Shown piece after piece: positions 9,990 to 22,300 of a stretch of DNA of 32,170 nucleotides. Position 1 is the stretch's first letter; each line of letters begins with the position of its first letter. A program made the translations under genes and the position numbers. Source of the DNA: Paraspadella gotoi (lineage: Eukaryota > Animalia > Chaetognatha); the NCBI GenBank assembly GCA_051294375.1, contig JBJCIZ010000631.1, positions 1 through 32,170 on the forward strand, written 5' to 3'. The notes beneath the pieces were generated by a model. It searched no databases. It was not told where the DNA came from and saw only the letters and a program-made list of their open reading frames with translations.

Positions 9990-10614
9990 CTAACTAAACG
10001 CAACGAAAAGAAAGTCTTAACACAATATTCATAATTATATTTATATTTATGGTCATGGTTTATGAAAGACTAACAACAGAAAACACGCTTTCAAGAAACT
10101 AACAACTATAAAAATAATGAGGAAGAGAAATAAAAAAAGAAAAAGCGAAAACAAAAGAAAGAAAGAAAAAGAGAGAAAGAGAAAACAAAATATACAGAAT
10201 TAAAATTACATTGTGCTTTTTCTTTCATTGTCTTTTTTCATATTTTTATTATGCTATGAGGCAAAAGAAAAATTTATTATAATGCTGTTTTTTCAAACCA
10301 ATTTTCTCATTTATCAACTATAATGTGTACCTCATCTATCTGAAATAAAAGATAAAGACGATTCAGTAACCGGAGTTAAGGAGAAAATACCATTAAATAC
10401 TTTAGTTAGTTTCGAATATTAATATTTTAAATTTAAAATTAAATTATAAAATTAACCGATTTTAACGGTTAACCGTTAAAAACGCTAGTTTTAACGGTTA
10501 AGCGAAGTTCCTCAAAAATTAACGGTTAACGGAACCCTAGTTGTGAGGCAACGAGTAAACAATGTCAAGGAACATGACCTAATAACGCGTTTCGCGTTCT
10601 CTCTCTCTCTCTGT

Positions 10615-10677
<63 letters not shown>

Positions 10678-10765
10678 CTCTTTTTTTTTACAGAAAAACA
10701 TCTTTATTCACTTTTTTTTTCACCACCGTCACTAGGCGACGAGTAAACGAGTAAACGAGTTCCGG

Positions 10766-10796
<31 letters not shown>

Positions 10797-11556
10797 GCGT
10801 AATCGATCTTTTTTTGAAAAATTATGATTATGTTTTTCCTTCTAAAAACTTTTATTTTATTTTTTCTCAATACAAAATCCCAAATTTATATCCGAGATTT
10901 TCGTGGATACATTTTAAAAAAAGTGAAGAATAACTTATAATGACATGCATTGTCACATGTAAATCAGCTAATGTGACCTATTATATATGCGGCACTATCG
11001 CTGAATAATATAATTGCATGCATCACGTTTTAAAAAAAAAAATTAGTGACAAAATAGTACAGTAAATAAAGTAGGGAGTAGTAGTAGACAATGCAAGAGG
11101 AGAGACAATGTCATTTTAAATTGGAAATAAAATTAGAGTAACCGTGAGGGAGATAGTAAAATATTAAGGAAAAATACTAAGGGAAAAAATTACATTAATG
11201 TCCCGGATTATCTTGCGAAAAGGGAGAAAGATCACGATTTTATTATGTTACAGTACAACACTAAATGTCCCGGATTAGCTAAAAATAAAAAAGGGCGGAT
11301 AAGTGATCTTACTGTTTATTGTGTGAGATGGGCGTGGTTCTTCTTTGTATTTTCTTTTGGCGTTGAGTTGAAGAAACAATTTTTTTCAAACGTTTTTGTG
11401 CAATGCAGAGAAAATTTTTGTGAAATATTAGGTAGAGTTGAATTTTTTTTTTTTTTTATTGCGCGCGCGAGGAAGATAAGAAAAAAATTAGGATGAAAAA
11501 AAAATAAGATTAGGAAAGATGGAAGAAAAAAAAATTAGGGTGGGTTGGGAGGGTTT

Positions 11557-11640
11557 GCCGGTTAGCCAGTTAGTCGGTAGAGCAGGGAAACTTAATCCTG
11601 GGGAAGGTTAAACCTTGGGGAGAGGCCTGATTGGGCGTCA
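11557..11640 (+). pseudogene. Degenerate tRNA-Lys(CTT)-like sequence (tRNA pseudogene or SINE head)
   Basis: GCCGGTTAGC..AGTCGGTAGAGCA..GGAAA-CTT-AATC..GGG...TTGGGCG resembles the 5' end, D arm/A box, anticodon loop and 3' end of eukaryotic tRNA-Lys-CTT as recalled. The T arm/B box is corrupted. Confidence 0.5.
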
Positions 11641-11970
11641 CTGGGAAGATGGGTATCTAGCTAAAGGTAGGTTCTAACTAGTCTATCATCAGGGAAAAGA
11701 GGTAAGTAGGGTAAGTATGTAATGGTAATAGGAAAACAGATATAACAAAGGGTATCAAGGGTACATAAAAGGGAGAGAAGGGAGAGGGAAGGTTTGCAGA
11801 CCCCGAGACCGAGAGGAGCAGTTGAGAGAGTGAGTCCGATCTCCAAGACTCTATCCGTGACTCCGGGGATGAAGAGGAGGGGACGACGAGGGGAGGAGGA
11901 GGCTTTGAGAGGGGGAAGAGAAGGCCCGGGGGAGAGAGAGGTTCTGGCGGTAAGGTGAGCCTCTATCTTG

Positions 11971-13368
11971 GATGTTTTTAACCTTTTTATCTCTTTTTAT
12001 ATTGAAAAAGTTGTTTGCCGAAGTTTTTAAGGTTTTCTATTTCTTTTTATATTGAAAATATCGTTTGCCGGTGTTTTCTACGTTTTTATCTCTTTTTACA
12101 TTGGAAAAAGCGTTTTTCGGTGTTTTTAACGTTTTTATCTCTTTTAAAATTGGAAAAGTCTTTTTCCGGTGTTTTTAACGTTTTTAGCTATCTTTACATA
12201 GGAAAAGAAAACGGAGAAGTCTTTTTCGGTATTTTTAACGTTTTTAGCTCTTTTTACATAGGAAAAGGAAAAGGAAAATTTGTTTTTCGGTGTTTTTAAC
12301 GTTTTTATCTCTTTTTACAAAAGAAAAGTCGTTTTTTGATGTTTTTAACGTTTTTAACTTTTTTTACATAAGAATAGTCGTTTGACGAGTTTTTCAACGG
12401 TTTTATTTCTTTTTTTTATTGGAAAAGTCGTTTGCCAAAGTTTTTAACGTTTTTTATTCTTTTTACATTGGAAAAGTGCTTTTTCGGTGTTTTTAACGTT
12501 TTTATCTCTTGGAAAAAGCGGTTTTTTTGTTTTTAAAGTTTTTATCTTTTTGGAAAAGTCGTTTGCTGGTGTTTTTAACGTTTTTATTTTTTTTTACATA
12601 GGAAATGTCGTCTGCCGGTGTATTTAACGTTTTTATCTCTTTTTACATTGGAAAAAGCTTTTATCGGTGTTTTTTATCTCTTTTTACATTGGAAAAATCG
12701 TTTGCCGGTTTTTTAAAGGTTTTTATCTCTTTTTATATTGGAAAAGAAGTTTGCTAGTGTTTTTAACGTTTTTATCTCTTTTTACATATGAAATGTCGTC
12801 TGCCGTTGTATTTAACGTTTTTATCTATTTTTACTTTGGAAAAGTCGTTTGTCGATGTTTTTAACCTTTTTATCTCTTTTTATATTGAAAAAAGTTGTTT
12901 GTCGAATTTTTTAACGTTTTTATTTCTTTTTACATTGAAAATATCGTTTGCCGGTGTTTTCTACGTTTTTATATCCTTTTACATTGGAAAAAGCGTTTTT
13001 CTTTGTTTCTAAAGTTTTTATCTCTTTTTATATTGGAAAAGTCGTTTGTCGGTGTTTTTAACGGATTTATTTCTTTTTACATTGGAAAAATTCGTTTTCT
13101 ATTTTTTTTAACGTTTTCATATCTTTTTACAAAGGAAAAGTCATTTTCTGGTGTTTTTAAAGTTTTTATCTCTTGAAAGTGAGAGAAAGCTACATATAAT
13201 TAAAAGAGAAAAGAGAGAGAGAAGGAGACTTAAAAATAAAAGAGAAGAAATTTGTTTTTGATAAAACGTAAAAAAACATATTTATTAACTGTCCTCACCC
13301 TATTTTAACAACCTTGATGATCTTGTTTGCATAAGTTTTTAACATTTTTATTTCTTTTTTCTTTGAAA
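11971..13368 (+). repeat. Satellite block 1 (T-rich orientation)
   Basis: Monomers read ...aacgtttttatctctttttacattggaaaa...; includes a linker at about 13173-13334. Confidence 0.9.
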
Positions 13369-16300
13369 ACACCGGCAGACGACATTTCCTATGTAAAAAG
13401 AGATAAAAACGTTAAAAACACTAGCAAATTTTTTTTCCAATATAAAAAGAGATAAAAAACACCGATAAACGTATTTTCCAATGTAAAAAGAGATAAAAAC
13501 GTTAAATACACCGGCAGACGAAATTTCCTATGTAAAAAGAGATAAAAACGTTAAAAAAAACCAGCAAACGACTTTTCAAAAAAGATAAAAACTTTAAAAA
13601 CAAAGAAAAACGCTTTTTCCAAAGTAAAAAAAGCTAAAAACGTTAAAAACATCAAAAAACGACTTTTCTTTTGTAAAAAAGAGATGAAAACGTTAAAAAC
13701 ACCGAAAAACGAATTTTCCTTTTTCTTTTCCTATGTAAAAAAAGCTAAAAACGTTAAAAATACCGAAAAACGAATTTTCCTTTTTCTTTTCCTATGTAAA
13801 AAGAGCTAAAAACGTTAAAAATACCGAAAAACGAATTTTCCGTTTTCATTTCCCATGTAAAAAGAGCTAAAAACGTTAAAAACACCGGAAAACGACTTTT
13901 CCAATGTCAAAAGAGATAAATACGTTAAAGACACCGAAAAACGTCTTTTCCATTGTATAAAGGATAAAAACGTTAAAAACACCAGAAAACAACTTCTTCA
14001 ATGTAAAAGGAGATAAAAACTTTAAAAACAAAGAAAAACGCTTTTTCCATTGTAAAAAGAGATAAAACGTAGAAAAAACCGTAAAACGATATTTTCAAAG
14101 AAAAAAGAAATAAAAACGTTAAAAACTTATGCAAACAAGATCATCGAGGTTGTTAAAATTGCGTGAGGACAGTTATTAAATATGTTTTTATTACGTTTTA
14201 TTAAAAACATATTTCCTCTTTTTTATTTTTATGTCTCCTTCTCTCCATCTTTTTTCTTTTAAGTATATGTAGCTTTCTTTCACTCTCAAGAAATAAAAAC
14301 GTTAAAAACACCAGCAAACGACTTTTCCAAAAAGATAAAAACTTTAGAAACCAAAAAACTCTTTTTCCAATGTAAAAAGATAAAAGATAAAAACGTTAAA
14401 AACAATAGCAAACTTCTTTTCCAATATGAAAAGAAATAAAAACTAAAAAAACCGGCAAACGATTTTTTTCCAATGTAAAAAGAGATTAAACAAACCGATA
14501 AACGACTTTTTCTTAATGTAAAAAGAGATAATAACGTAAAAAACACCAGCAAACGACTTTTCAAAGAGATAAAAACTTAAAAACAAAGAAAAACGCTTTT
14601 TCCAATGTAAAAAGAGATAAAAACGTTAAAACTTTGCAAACACTTTTCAATAAAAAAAATTAAAACCGTTTGAAAAACCCGTCAAACGACTATTTCCTAT
14701 GTAAAAAAAGCTAAAAACGTTAAAAACATCAAAAAACGACTTTTCTTTTTGAAAAAGAAAGAAAACGTTAAAAACACCGAAAAAAACGACTTTTCCTTTT
14801 CCTTTTCCTATGTAAAAAGAGCTTTAAAACGTTTAAAAACACCAGAAACGACTTTTCCAATGTAAAAAAGGCATAAAAAAAGGTTGAAAAACCAAAAAAA
14901 TACTTCTTTTAATAAGGAGATAAAAACTTTAAAACAAAGAAAAACGCTTTTCCAATGTAAAAAGAGATAAACGTAGAAAACACCGGAAACGATAATTTCA
15001 AAGAAAAAAGAAAATAAAAACGTTAAAAAACTCTTGCAAATAACATCTATCGAGGTTGTTAAAATTTGGTGAGGACAGTTATTAAATATGTTTTTTTTAC
15101 GTTTTTATCAACAAACAAATTTCTCTTTTATTTTTATGTCTCCTTCTCTCTCTCTTTTTCTTCTTTTAATTTTATGTAGCTTTCTCTCACTCTTCAATAG
15201 ATTAAAAACGTTAAATACACCAGAAAACGACTTTTTCCTCTGTAAAAAAGATATTGAAAACTTTAAAAAAAAACAGAAACGATTTTTTCCAATGTAAAAA
15301 GAAATAATGCGTTAAAAACACCGACAACGACTTTTCAAAAACAAAAAAAAGATAAAAACTTTATGAAACAAGAAAAACGTTTTTCCAATGTAAAAAAGAG
15401 AATTAAAAACGTTAAAAAACTTCGATAGCAAACTTCTTTTAATAAAAAAGAAAAAAAACTTAAAAACCGGCAAACGACTTTTTCAATTGTTAAAAAGAGA
15501 TAAAAAAATACACGCAAACGACTTTTTCTAATGTAAAAAGAAAAGGAATAAAAACGTTAAATACACCGGCAGACGATTTTCACAAAAGAGATAAAAAATT
15601 TAAAACAATGAAAACGCTTTTCAATGTAAAAAGAGATAAAAACGTTAAATACACCGGCCAGACGACATTTCCAATGTTAAAAAAGAGATAAAAACATTAA
15701 AAAAACACTTAGCAAACTTACTTTCCAATATAATATAGAAATAAAAACTTTAAAAAAACCGGCAAACGATTTTTCCAATGTAAAACGACCTTTTTAATGT
15801 AAAAAGAGATAATAACATTAAAAACACCAGCAAACGACTTTTCCAAAGAGATAAAAACTTTAAAAACAAAGAAAAACGCTTTTTCTAATGTAAAAAGAGA
15901 TAAAAACATTAAAAACTTTGGCAAACGACTTTTCCAATATAAAAAGAAATAAAACTGTTGAAAAACCAATCAAACGACTATTCCTATGTAAAAAAAGCTA
16001 AAAACGTTTAAAACATCAAAAAACGACTTTTCTTTTGTAAAAAGAGAAGAAAACGTTAAAAACACCGAAAAACGACTTTTCCTTTTCCTTTTCCTATGTA
16101 AAAAAATCTAAAAACGACTTTTCGAATGTGAAAAGAGATGAAAACGTTAAAAACACCGAAAAACGTCTTTTCCATTGTAAAAAAGGATAAAAAGGTTGAA
16201 AACGCCAGAAAAATACTTCTTCAAAAAGGAGATAAAAACTTTAAAAACAAAGAAAAACGCTTTTTCAAATATAAAAAGAGATAAAACGTAGATAACACCG

Positions 16301-19300
16301 GAAAACGATAATTTAAAAGAAAAAAGAAATAAAAACATTAAAAACTTCTGCCAATAACATCATCGAGGTTGTTAAAATTTGGTGAGGACAGTTATTAAAT
16401 ATGTTTTTTTTACGTTTTATCAAAACAAACAAATTTCCTTTTTTTATTTTTATGTTTCCTTCTCTCTCTCTTTTCTCTTTTAATTTTATGTAGCTTTCTC
16501 TCACTTTCAAAAGATAAAAACGTTAAATACACCAGAAAACGATTTTTCCTCTGTAAAAAGATATGAAAACTTTAAAAAAAACAGAAAACTATTTTTTCCA
16601 ATGTAAAAAGAAATAAATGAGTTAAAAACACCGACAAACGACTTTTCCAATATAAAAAGAGATAAAAACTTTAGAAACAAAGAAAAACGTTTTTTTCAAT
16701 GTAAAAAGAAATAAAAACCTTAAAAACTTCGGAAAACAACTTTTTCTATATAAAAAGAGATAAAAAGGTTTAAAACAGCGACGAACGACTTTTCCAATGT
16801 AAAAAGAGATAAAAACGTTAAAAACACTAGCAAACTTCTTTTCCAATATAAAAAGAAAAAAACTTTAAAAAAACTGGCAAACGATTTTTCCAATGTAAAA
16901 AGATAAAAAAAAACACGGATAAACGACTTTTCTAATGTAAAAAGTGATAAAAACGTTAAGTACACCGGCAGACGAAATTTCCAATGTAAAAAGAGATAAA
17001 AACGTTAAAAACACTAGCAAACTTCTTTTCCAATATAAAAAGAAATAAAAACTTTAAAAAAACCGGCAAACGATTTTTCCAATGTAAAAAGAGATAAAAA
17101 CATTAAAAACTTTGGCAAACGACTTTTCCAATAAAAAAAAAAGAAATAAAACCGTTGAAAAACCCTTCAAACGACTATTCCTATGTAAAAAAAGCTAAAA
17201 ATGTTAAAAACATCAAAAAACGACTTTTCTTTTGTAAAAAGATATGAAAACTTTAAAAATAACAGAAAACCATTTTTTTCAATTTAAAAAGAAATAAATG
17301 CGTTAAAAACACCGACAAACGACTTTTCCAGTATAAAATGAGATAAAAACTTTAGAAACAAAGAAAAACGCTTTTTCCAATGTAAAAAGATATAAAAACG
17401 TAGAAGATAGCGGCAAACGATATTTTCAATGTAAAAAGAAATACAAACCTTAAAAACTTCGGCAAACAACTTTTTCAATATAAAAGAGATAAAAAGGTTA
17501 AAAACATCGACAAACGACTTTTCTAATGTAAAAAGAGATAAAAACGTTAAATACACCGGCAGACGACATTTCCAATGTAAAAAGAGATAAAAACGTTAAA
17601 AACACTAGCAAACTTATTTTCCAATATAAAAAGAAATAAACACTTTAAAAAAACCGGCAAACGATTTTTCCAATTTAAAAATAGATAAAAAACACCGATA
17701 AACAACTTTTCTAATGTAAAAAGTGATAAAANNNNNNNNNNNNNNNNNNNNNNNNNCAACGTTAAACTACCACCGGCAGAGACGACATTTTCAGAAGAGA
17801 CTAAAAACATCTAAAACAAAAGAAAAACGCCTTTTTTTCGCAATCGTAAAAAGAGATAAAAACGTTAAATACCACCGGCACGCAGCCGACATTCTCCAAT
17901 ATAAAGAAGATAAAAACTTTAAAACACTCAGCCAAACTGTCGATTTCCCAATCATAAAAAGCAATAAAGCTTTAAAGAAAACCCGGCAAACGATTTTTTC
18001 CAATGTAAAAAGAGTCATAAAAAACACCGATAAACGACTTTTCGCTATATGTATAAAAAGATATATGACCGTTTAAAGAAACACCAGCACACGTACTTTT
18101 CCAAAGAGATATAAAACTTAAAAAAGACAAAGATAAAAACGCTTTTTTCCAATGTAAAAAAGAGAATAAAAACGTTAAATAAACACCCAGAAAACGACTT
18201 TTCGGCATGTGAAAAGAGATAAAAAAGTTAAATAACAACATCCCGGCAGACGAAAATTTCAATCGTAAACAAGAGATAAAAACGTTACAAAACAACTAGC
18301 ACGAACTTCTCTTTCGCAACCTATAAAAGCAAATCAAACACTATAAAAAAAAAACCGGCAAACGATTTTTCCAATGTAGAAAAGAGAATAAAAACGTTAA
18401 AAAACTTGGCATAAACAGACTTTTCAATAAAAAAAAAAGAATAAAACCGTTGAACATACCCGTGCAAAGAGCCTATTGCCTATGTCAAAAAAAGCCGTAA
18501 AAACGTTTAGAAACATCGCAAAAAAGACTTTTTCTTCTTATGTAAAAAGATGAATGAAATACTTTAAATTAACAGAAACATTTTTTCGCAATTAAAAAGA
18601 AATAAATGGGGCGTTAAAAAACACCGCAGAACCGACCTTTCCAATATAAAAAGAGATACAAAACTTAGAAGACAAAGACGAAAACGCGCTTTTTCGCAAT
18701 GGTTAAAGAGGATAAAAACATAGAAAGACACCGGGCAACACGATATTTTCCAATGTAAACAGAATATTAAAAGGCGCTTTAAAAAACATTCGGTCAAAAC
18801 AACTTTTTTGCAATTTAAAAAGAGATAAAGAGGTTAAAGAACAACCCGACAAACGACTTTTCCAACATGTAAAGATATTAAAACGTTTAAAGTACACTGG
18901 CAGAGCGACAGTTTCCAATGTAGTAAAAGGGATAAAAACGTTAAAAATACTAGGCAAAACTGTTTATTTTCCAATATAAAAAGAGTAAAAACTTTAAAAG
19001 AACACCGGTAACACGAATTTTTGCCAATTGTAAAAAGAGATAAAAAAACACGGGCGATAAACGACTTTTCTAATGTGAAAAAAGTGATAAAAAAAATTAA
19101 ATAGCGAGACCGACAGACCGACATTGTCCCAAAGAGATAAAAAAACTTTAAAAACAAAGAAAAACGCCTTTCCCAATGTAAAATCAGAGATAAAAACGTT
19201 AAATACATCCGGCAAGATCGACATTTCCAACTGTACAAAACGAGATAAAAACGTTCAGAGAACTACTAGCAAACTGTGCTTTTCAATATGAGAAAGAATA

Positions 19301-22300
19301 AAAACTTTGAAGAAAAAGCCGGTGCAAAGCCGATTTTTTCCAATGTAAAAAGAGATAAAAACGCTAAAAAACATTTGGCAAACGACTTGTGTCCATAAAA
19401 AGAAATAAACCGTTGAAAAACTCCCCGTCAAACGACTATTCCTATCGTAGAAGAAAAGAGCTAAAACCGGTGTCAAAAAAATCGAAAAAAACGACTTTTT
19501 CTTTTGTAATAAAGATAATGAAAAACTATACAAAATAACAGAAAACGATTTTTTCGCATTCGTAAAAAAGGCATATATGAATGCGTTAAAACACACTCGC
19601 ACGAACCGATTTCTTGCAATATAAAGAAGAATAAAAACGGTTAAAAACAACGACAACTACGATTTTCCAAGTGTAAAAAGAGTGTAAGAAAACCTTTCCA
19701 TAAACGACGTTTCCTAATGTTAAAAAGATAGTTAAACAGAAACGACTTCCAAAGAGAGGTTAAACATATAACTAAGAGACAAACTTTTCCAATTAAAAAG
19801 ATAAAAACGCTATTAAAAAAACACGCAGAAAACGATTTCCAATGCGTAGAAAAGAGATAAAATTAAATACACGGCATACACACTTTTCAATGTAGAAAAG
19901 GGAATCAAAAACGTTAAAAACAATAGCCGGAAGACCACTTCTTCCAAAGTAGTAAAGAAATAACTTTAAAAACAAACGGAAAACGATTTTTCAATGTAAA
20001 AAAGAGAGTAAAAAACGTAAAAAACTTTGGCAAACGTACTGTTCGCAATAAAAAAAAAGAAATAAAAAACCGCTTGAAATACCCGTCAAAACGACTATTC
20101 CTATGTAAAAAAAGTTAAAAGAACGTTAAAAACATCAAAAAGACTTTTCTTTATATAAAAAGATATGAAACTTGTAAATAAACAGAAAACAAATTCTTTG
20201 TCCAGATTGTAAAAAGAAATAAATGCGTTAAAAAACCGACAAACGACTTTTCCAATATAAAAAGAGATAAAAAACTTTAGAAACAAAGAAAAACGCTTTT
20301 CCAATGTAAAGAGATAAAAATAGAAAACACGCGGAAACAGATATTTTGCCAATTTGTAAAAGAAATTCAAAAACCTTAAAAAACTTCGGCCAAACAACTT
20401 TCCAGTTTTTCACAATAAAGCAAAAATATTTGTAAAAAAGGCTTAAAAACAAACGACAAACGACTTTCCCAATGAAAGAGAGATAAAAACGTTAAATACA
20501 CCGGCAGACGACATTTCCAATATTTAAAAAGAAGATAAAAACGTTAAAAAATTTTACTAGCAAACTTTTTTCCAATATAAAAAAGATTGAAAACTTTAAA
20601 AAAAAAACCGGCAAACGATTTTTCCAATGTAAAAAGAGATAAAAAACACACCGGATAAACGACTTTTCTAATGTAAAGAAGTGATAAAACGTAAAATACA
20701 TCCGGCAAAGACGACATTTCCAAAGAGATAAAAACTTTAAAAAACAAAGAAAACGCCTTTCCAATGTAAAAAAGAGATAAAGAACGTTAAAATACAGTAA
20801 ACCGCAAGACGACATTTCCAATGTAAAAAGAGATAAAAACGTTAAAAACACTTAGCAAAAGCTTCTTTTCCAATATAAAAAGAAATAAAACTTTAAAAAA
20901 ACGAAAACGATAATTTTCAATGTAAAAAGAGAATAATGTCGTAAAAAAACTTTGGCAAAGACGACTTTTCCATATAAAAAGAGAAAAATAAATACGTTGA
21001 AAAAAGAACCGAAACGACAATTCCAATGTAAACAAAAGATAAAAACTAATAAAACACCGATCAAAAAACATTTTCAATTTTAGAAAAAGAATGAAAACTT
21101 TAATACCTAAAACAGAAACAATTTTTTCCAATGTATAAAAAGAGATAAAAATAGCGTTAAAAACAACACAACTTGCAAAAAAAGATAAAAACTTAAATCA
21201 CCGAATCACATTTTCGGCAATATAAAAAGAGATAAAAACTTTAAATAGCAGCAAATAACAATTCTTTCCAATATTAAAAAGAAAGTAAAAACTTAAGAAA
21301 ACACCGGCAAACGATTTTTTTGCAATGCAAAAAGAATTAAAATTAAAACACGATCAAACAGACTTTTTTCGAATGTACAAAAGGAAACTTAAATGCGACA
21401 TTCAAAGAGATTAACACGCTTAAAGACAAAGAAACGACTTTTTCCAATGTAATAAAGGAGATAAAAACAGTTAAAAAAACGACAGGAACGAACATTCTTC
21501 CGAAGTGTAAAAGAGGATAAAAACGTTAAAAACAATGACTAGCAAACTTCTTTCATATAAAAAGAAATAAAAACTTTAGAAAAAGAAAACACGCTTTTGT
21601 CCAATGTAAAAAAGATAAAAAAACACCGATAAACGGACTTTTCTAATGTAAAATATGAAAAAAGTTAAAATACACCCGGCAGACCGAACATTCTCAAAAG
21701 ATATAAAAACTTTAAAACAAAAAAACCTTTTCTCAATGTAAAACAGATAAGAAAATGTTAAATTACACCGGGCAGACGACATTTTCCAAAATGTAAAAAG
21801 AGATAACAACCTTAAAAACACCAGCCACACTTGCTTTCATATAAAAAGAAATAAAAAACTTTAAAAAAAAGCAAAACTGTTTTTTCAATGTAAAAAGAGA
21901 ATAAAAACGTGTAAGAGAAACTTTGGCAAAGAGCATATTTTCCAATAAAAAAAGAAATAAACCTGTGAAAACCACGTCTAACGGACATCTATAAACTAAA
22001 AAAAAGCTAAAACGTTAAAAATATAAAAAACGACTTTTCTTTTGTAAAGAAGAAGAAAAACCTTAAAAACATCACTAAAAACGACTTTTCCATTTTTTTA
22101 TGAAAAAGACTATAAACGTTAAAAACACCACAGAAACGACTTTTCGCAACTGTGGCAAAGAGATGAAAACGTTTAAAAATACGAAAAAGCGTCTTTTCCA
22201 TTTAAAAAATGATAAAAAAGGTTGAAAACAGACGCGAGAAAAGCAACTTCTAAATAAGGGTGATAAAAACTGTAAAAACAAAGAAAAAACGCTTTTTCGC

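Larger units (their letters stand above)
9265..10539. mobile_element. Non-autonomous hAT-superfamily DNA transposon (1275 bp)
   Basis: Seen: TIR TAGGGTTCCG(A/T)TAACCGTTAA (21 bp, 1 mismatch); perfect 8-bp TSD GTTGTGAG at 9257-9264 and 10540-10547; clustered subterminal TTAACGGTTA/TAACCGTTAA motifs at both ends; an uninterrupted paralogue of the target at 8951-9009; no transposase ORF. Established: an 8-bp TSD and TAGGG termini are typical of hAT elements. Confidence 0.92.
8353..11045 (-). repeat. Modular interspersed repeat, minus orientation, interrupted by a hAT element
   Basis: Reverse-complement modules at about 8780-8930, 9178-9235 and 10790-10990; (TC)n runs at about 8680-8780, 9133-9177, 10598-10673 and 10766-10796. 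About 10600-11045 mirrors about 3008-3500. Confidence 0.7.

Noticed and set aside
11557-11640. Functional tRNA gene
   Set aside because: The T arm/B box (GTTCGA) is absent and the stems do not pair as written; kept only as a pseudogene-like call.
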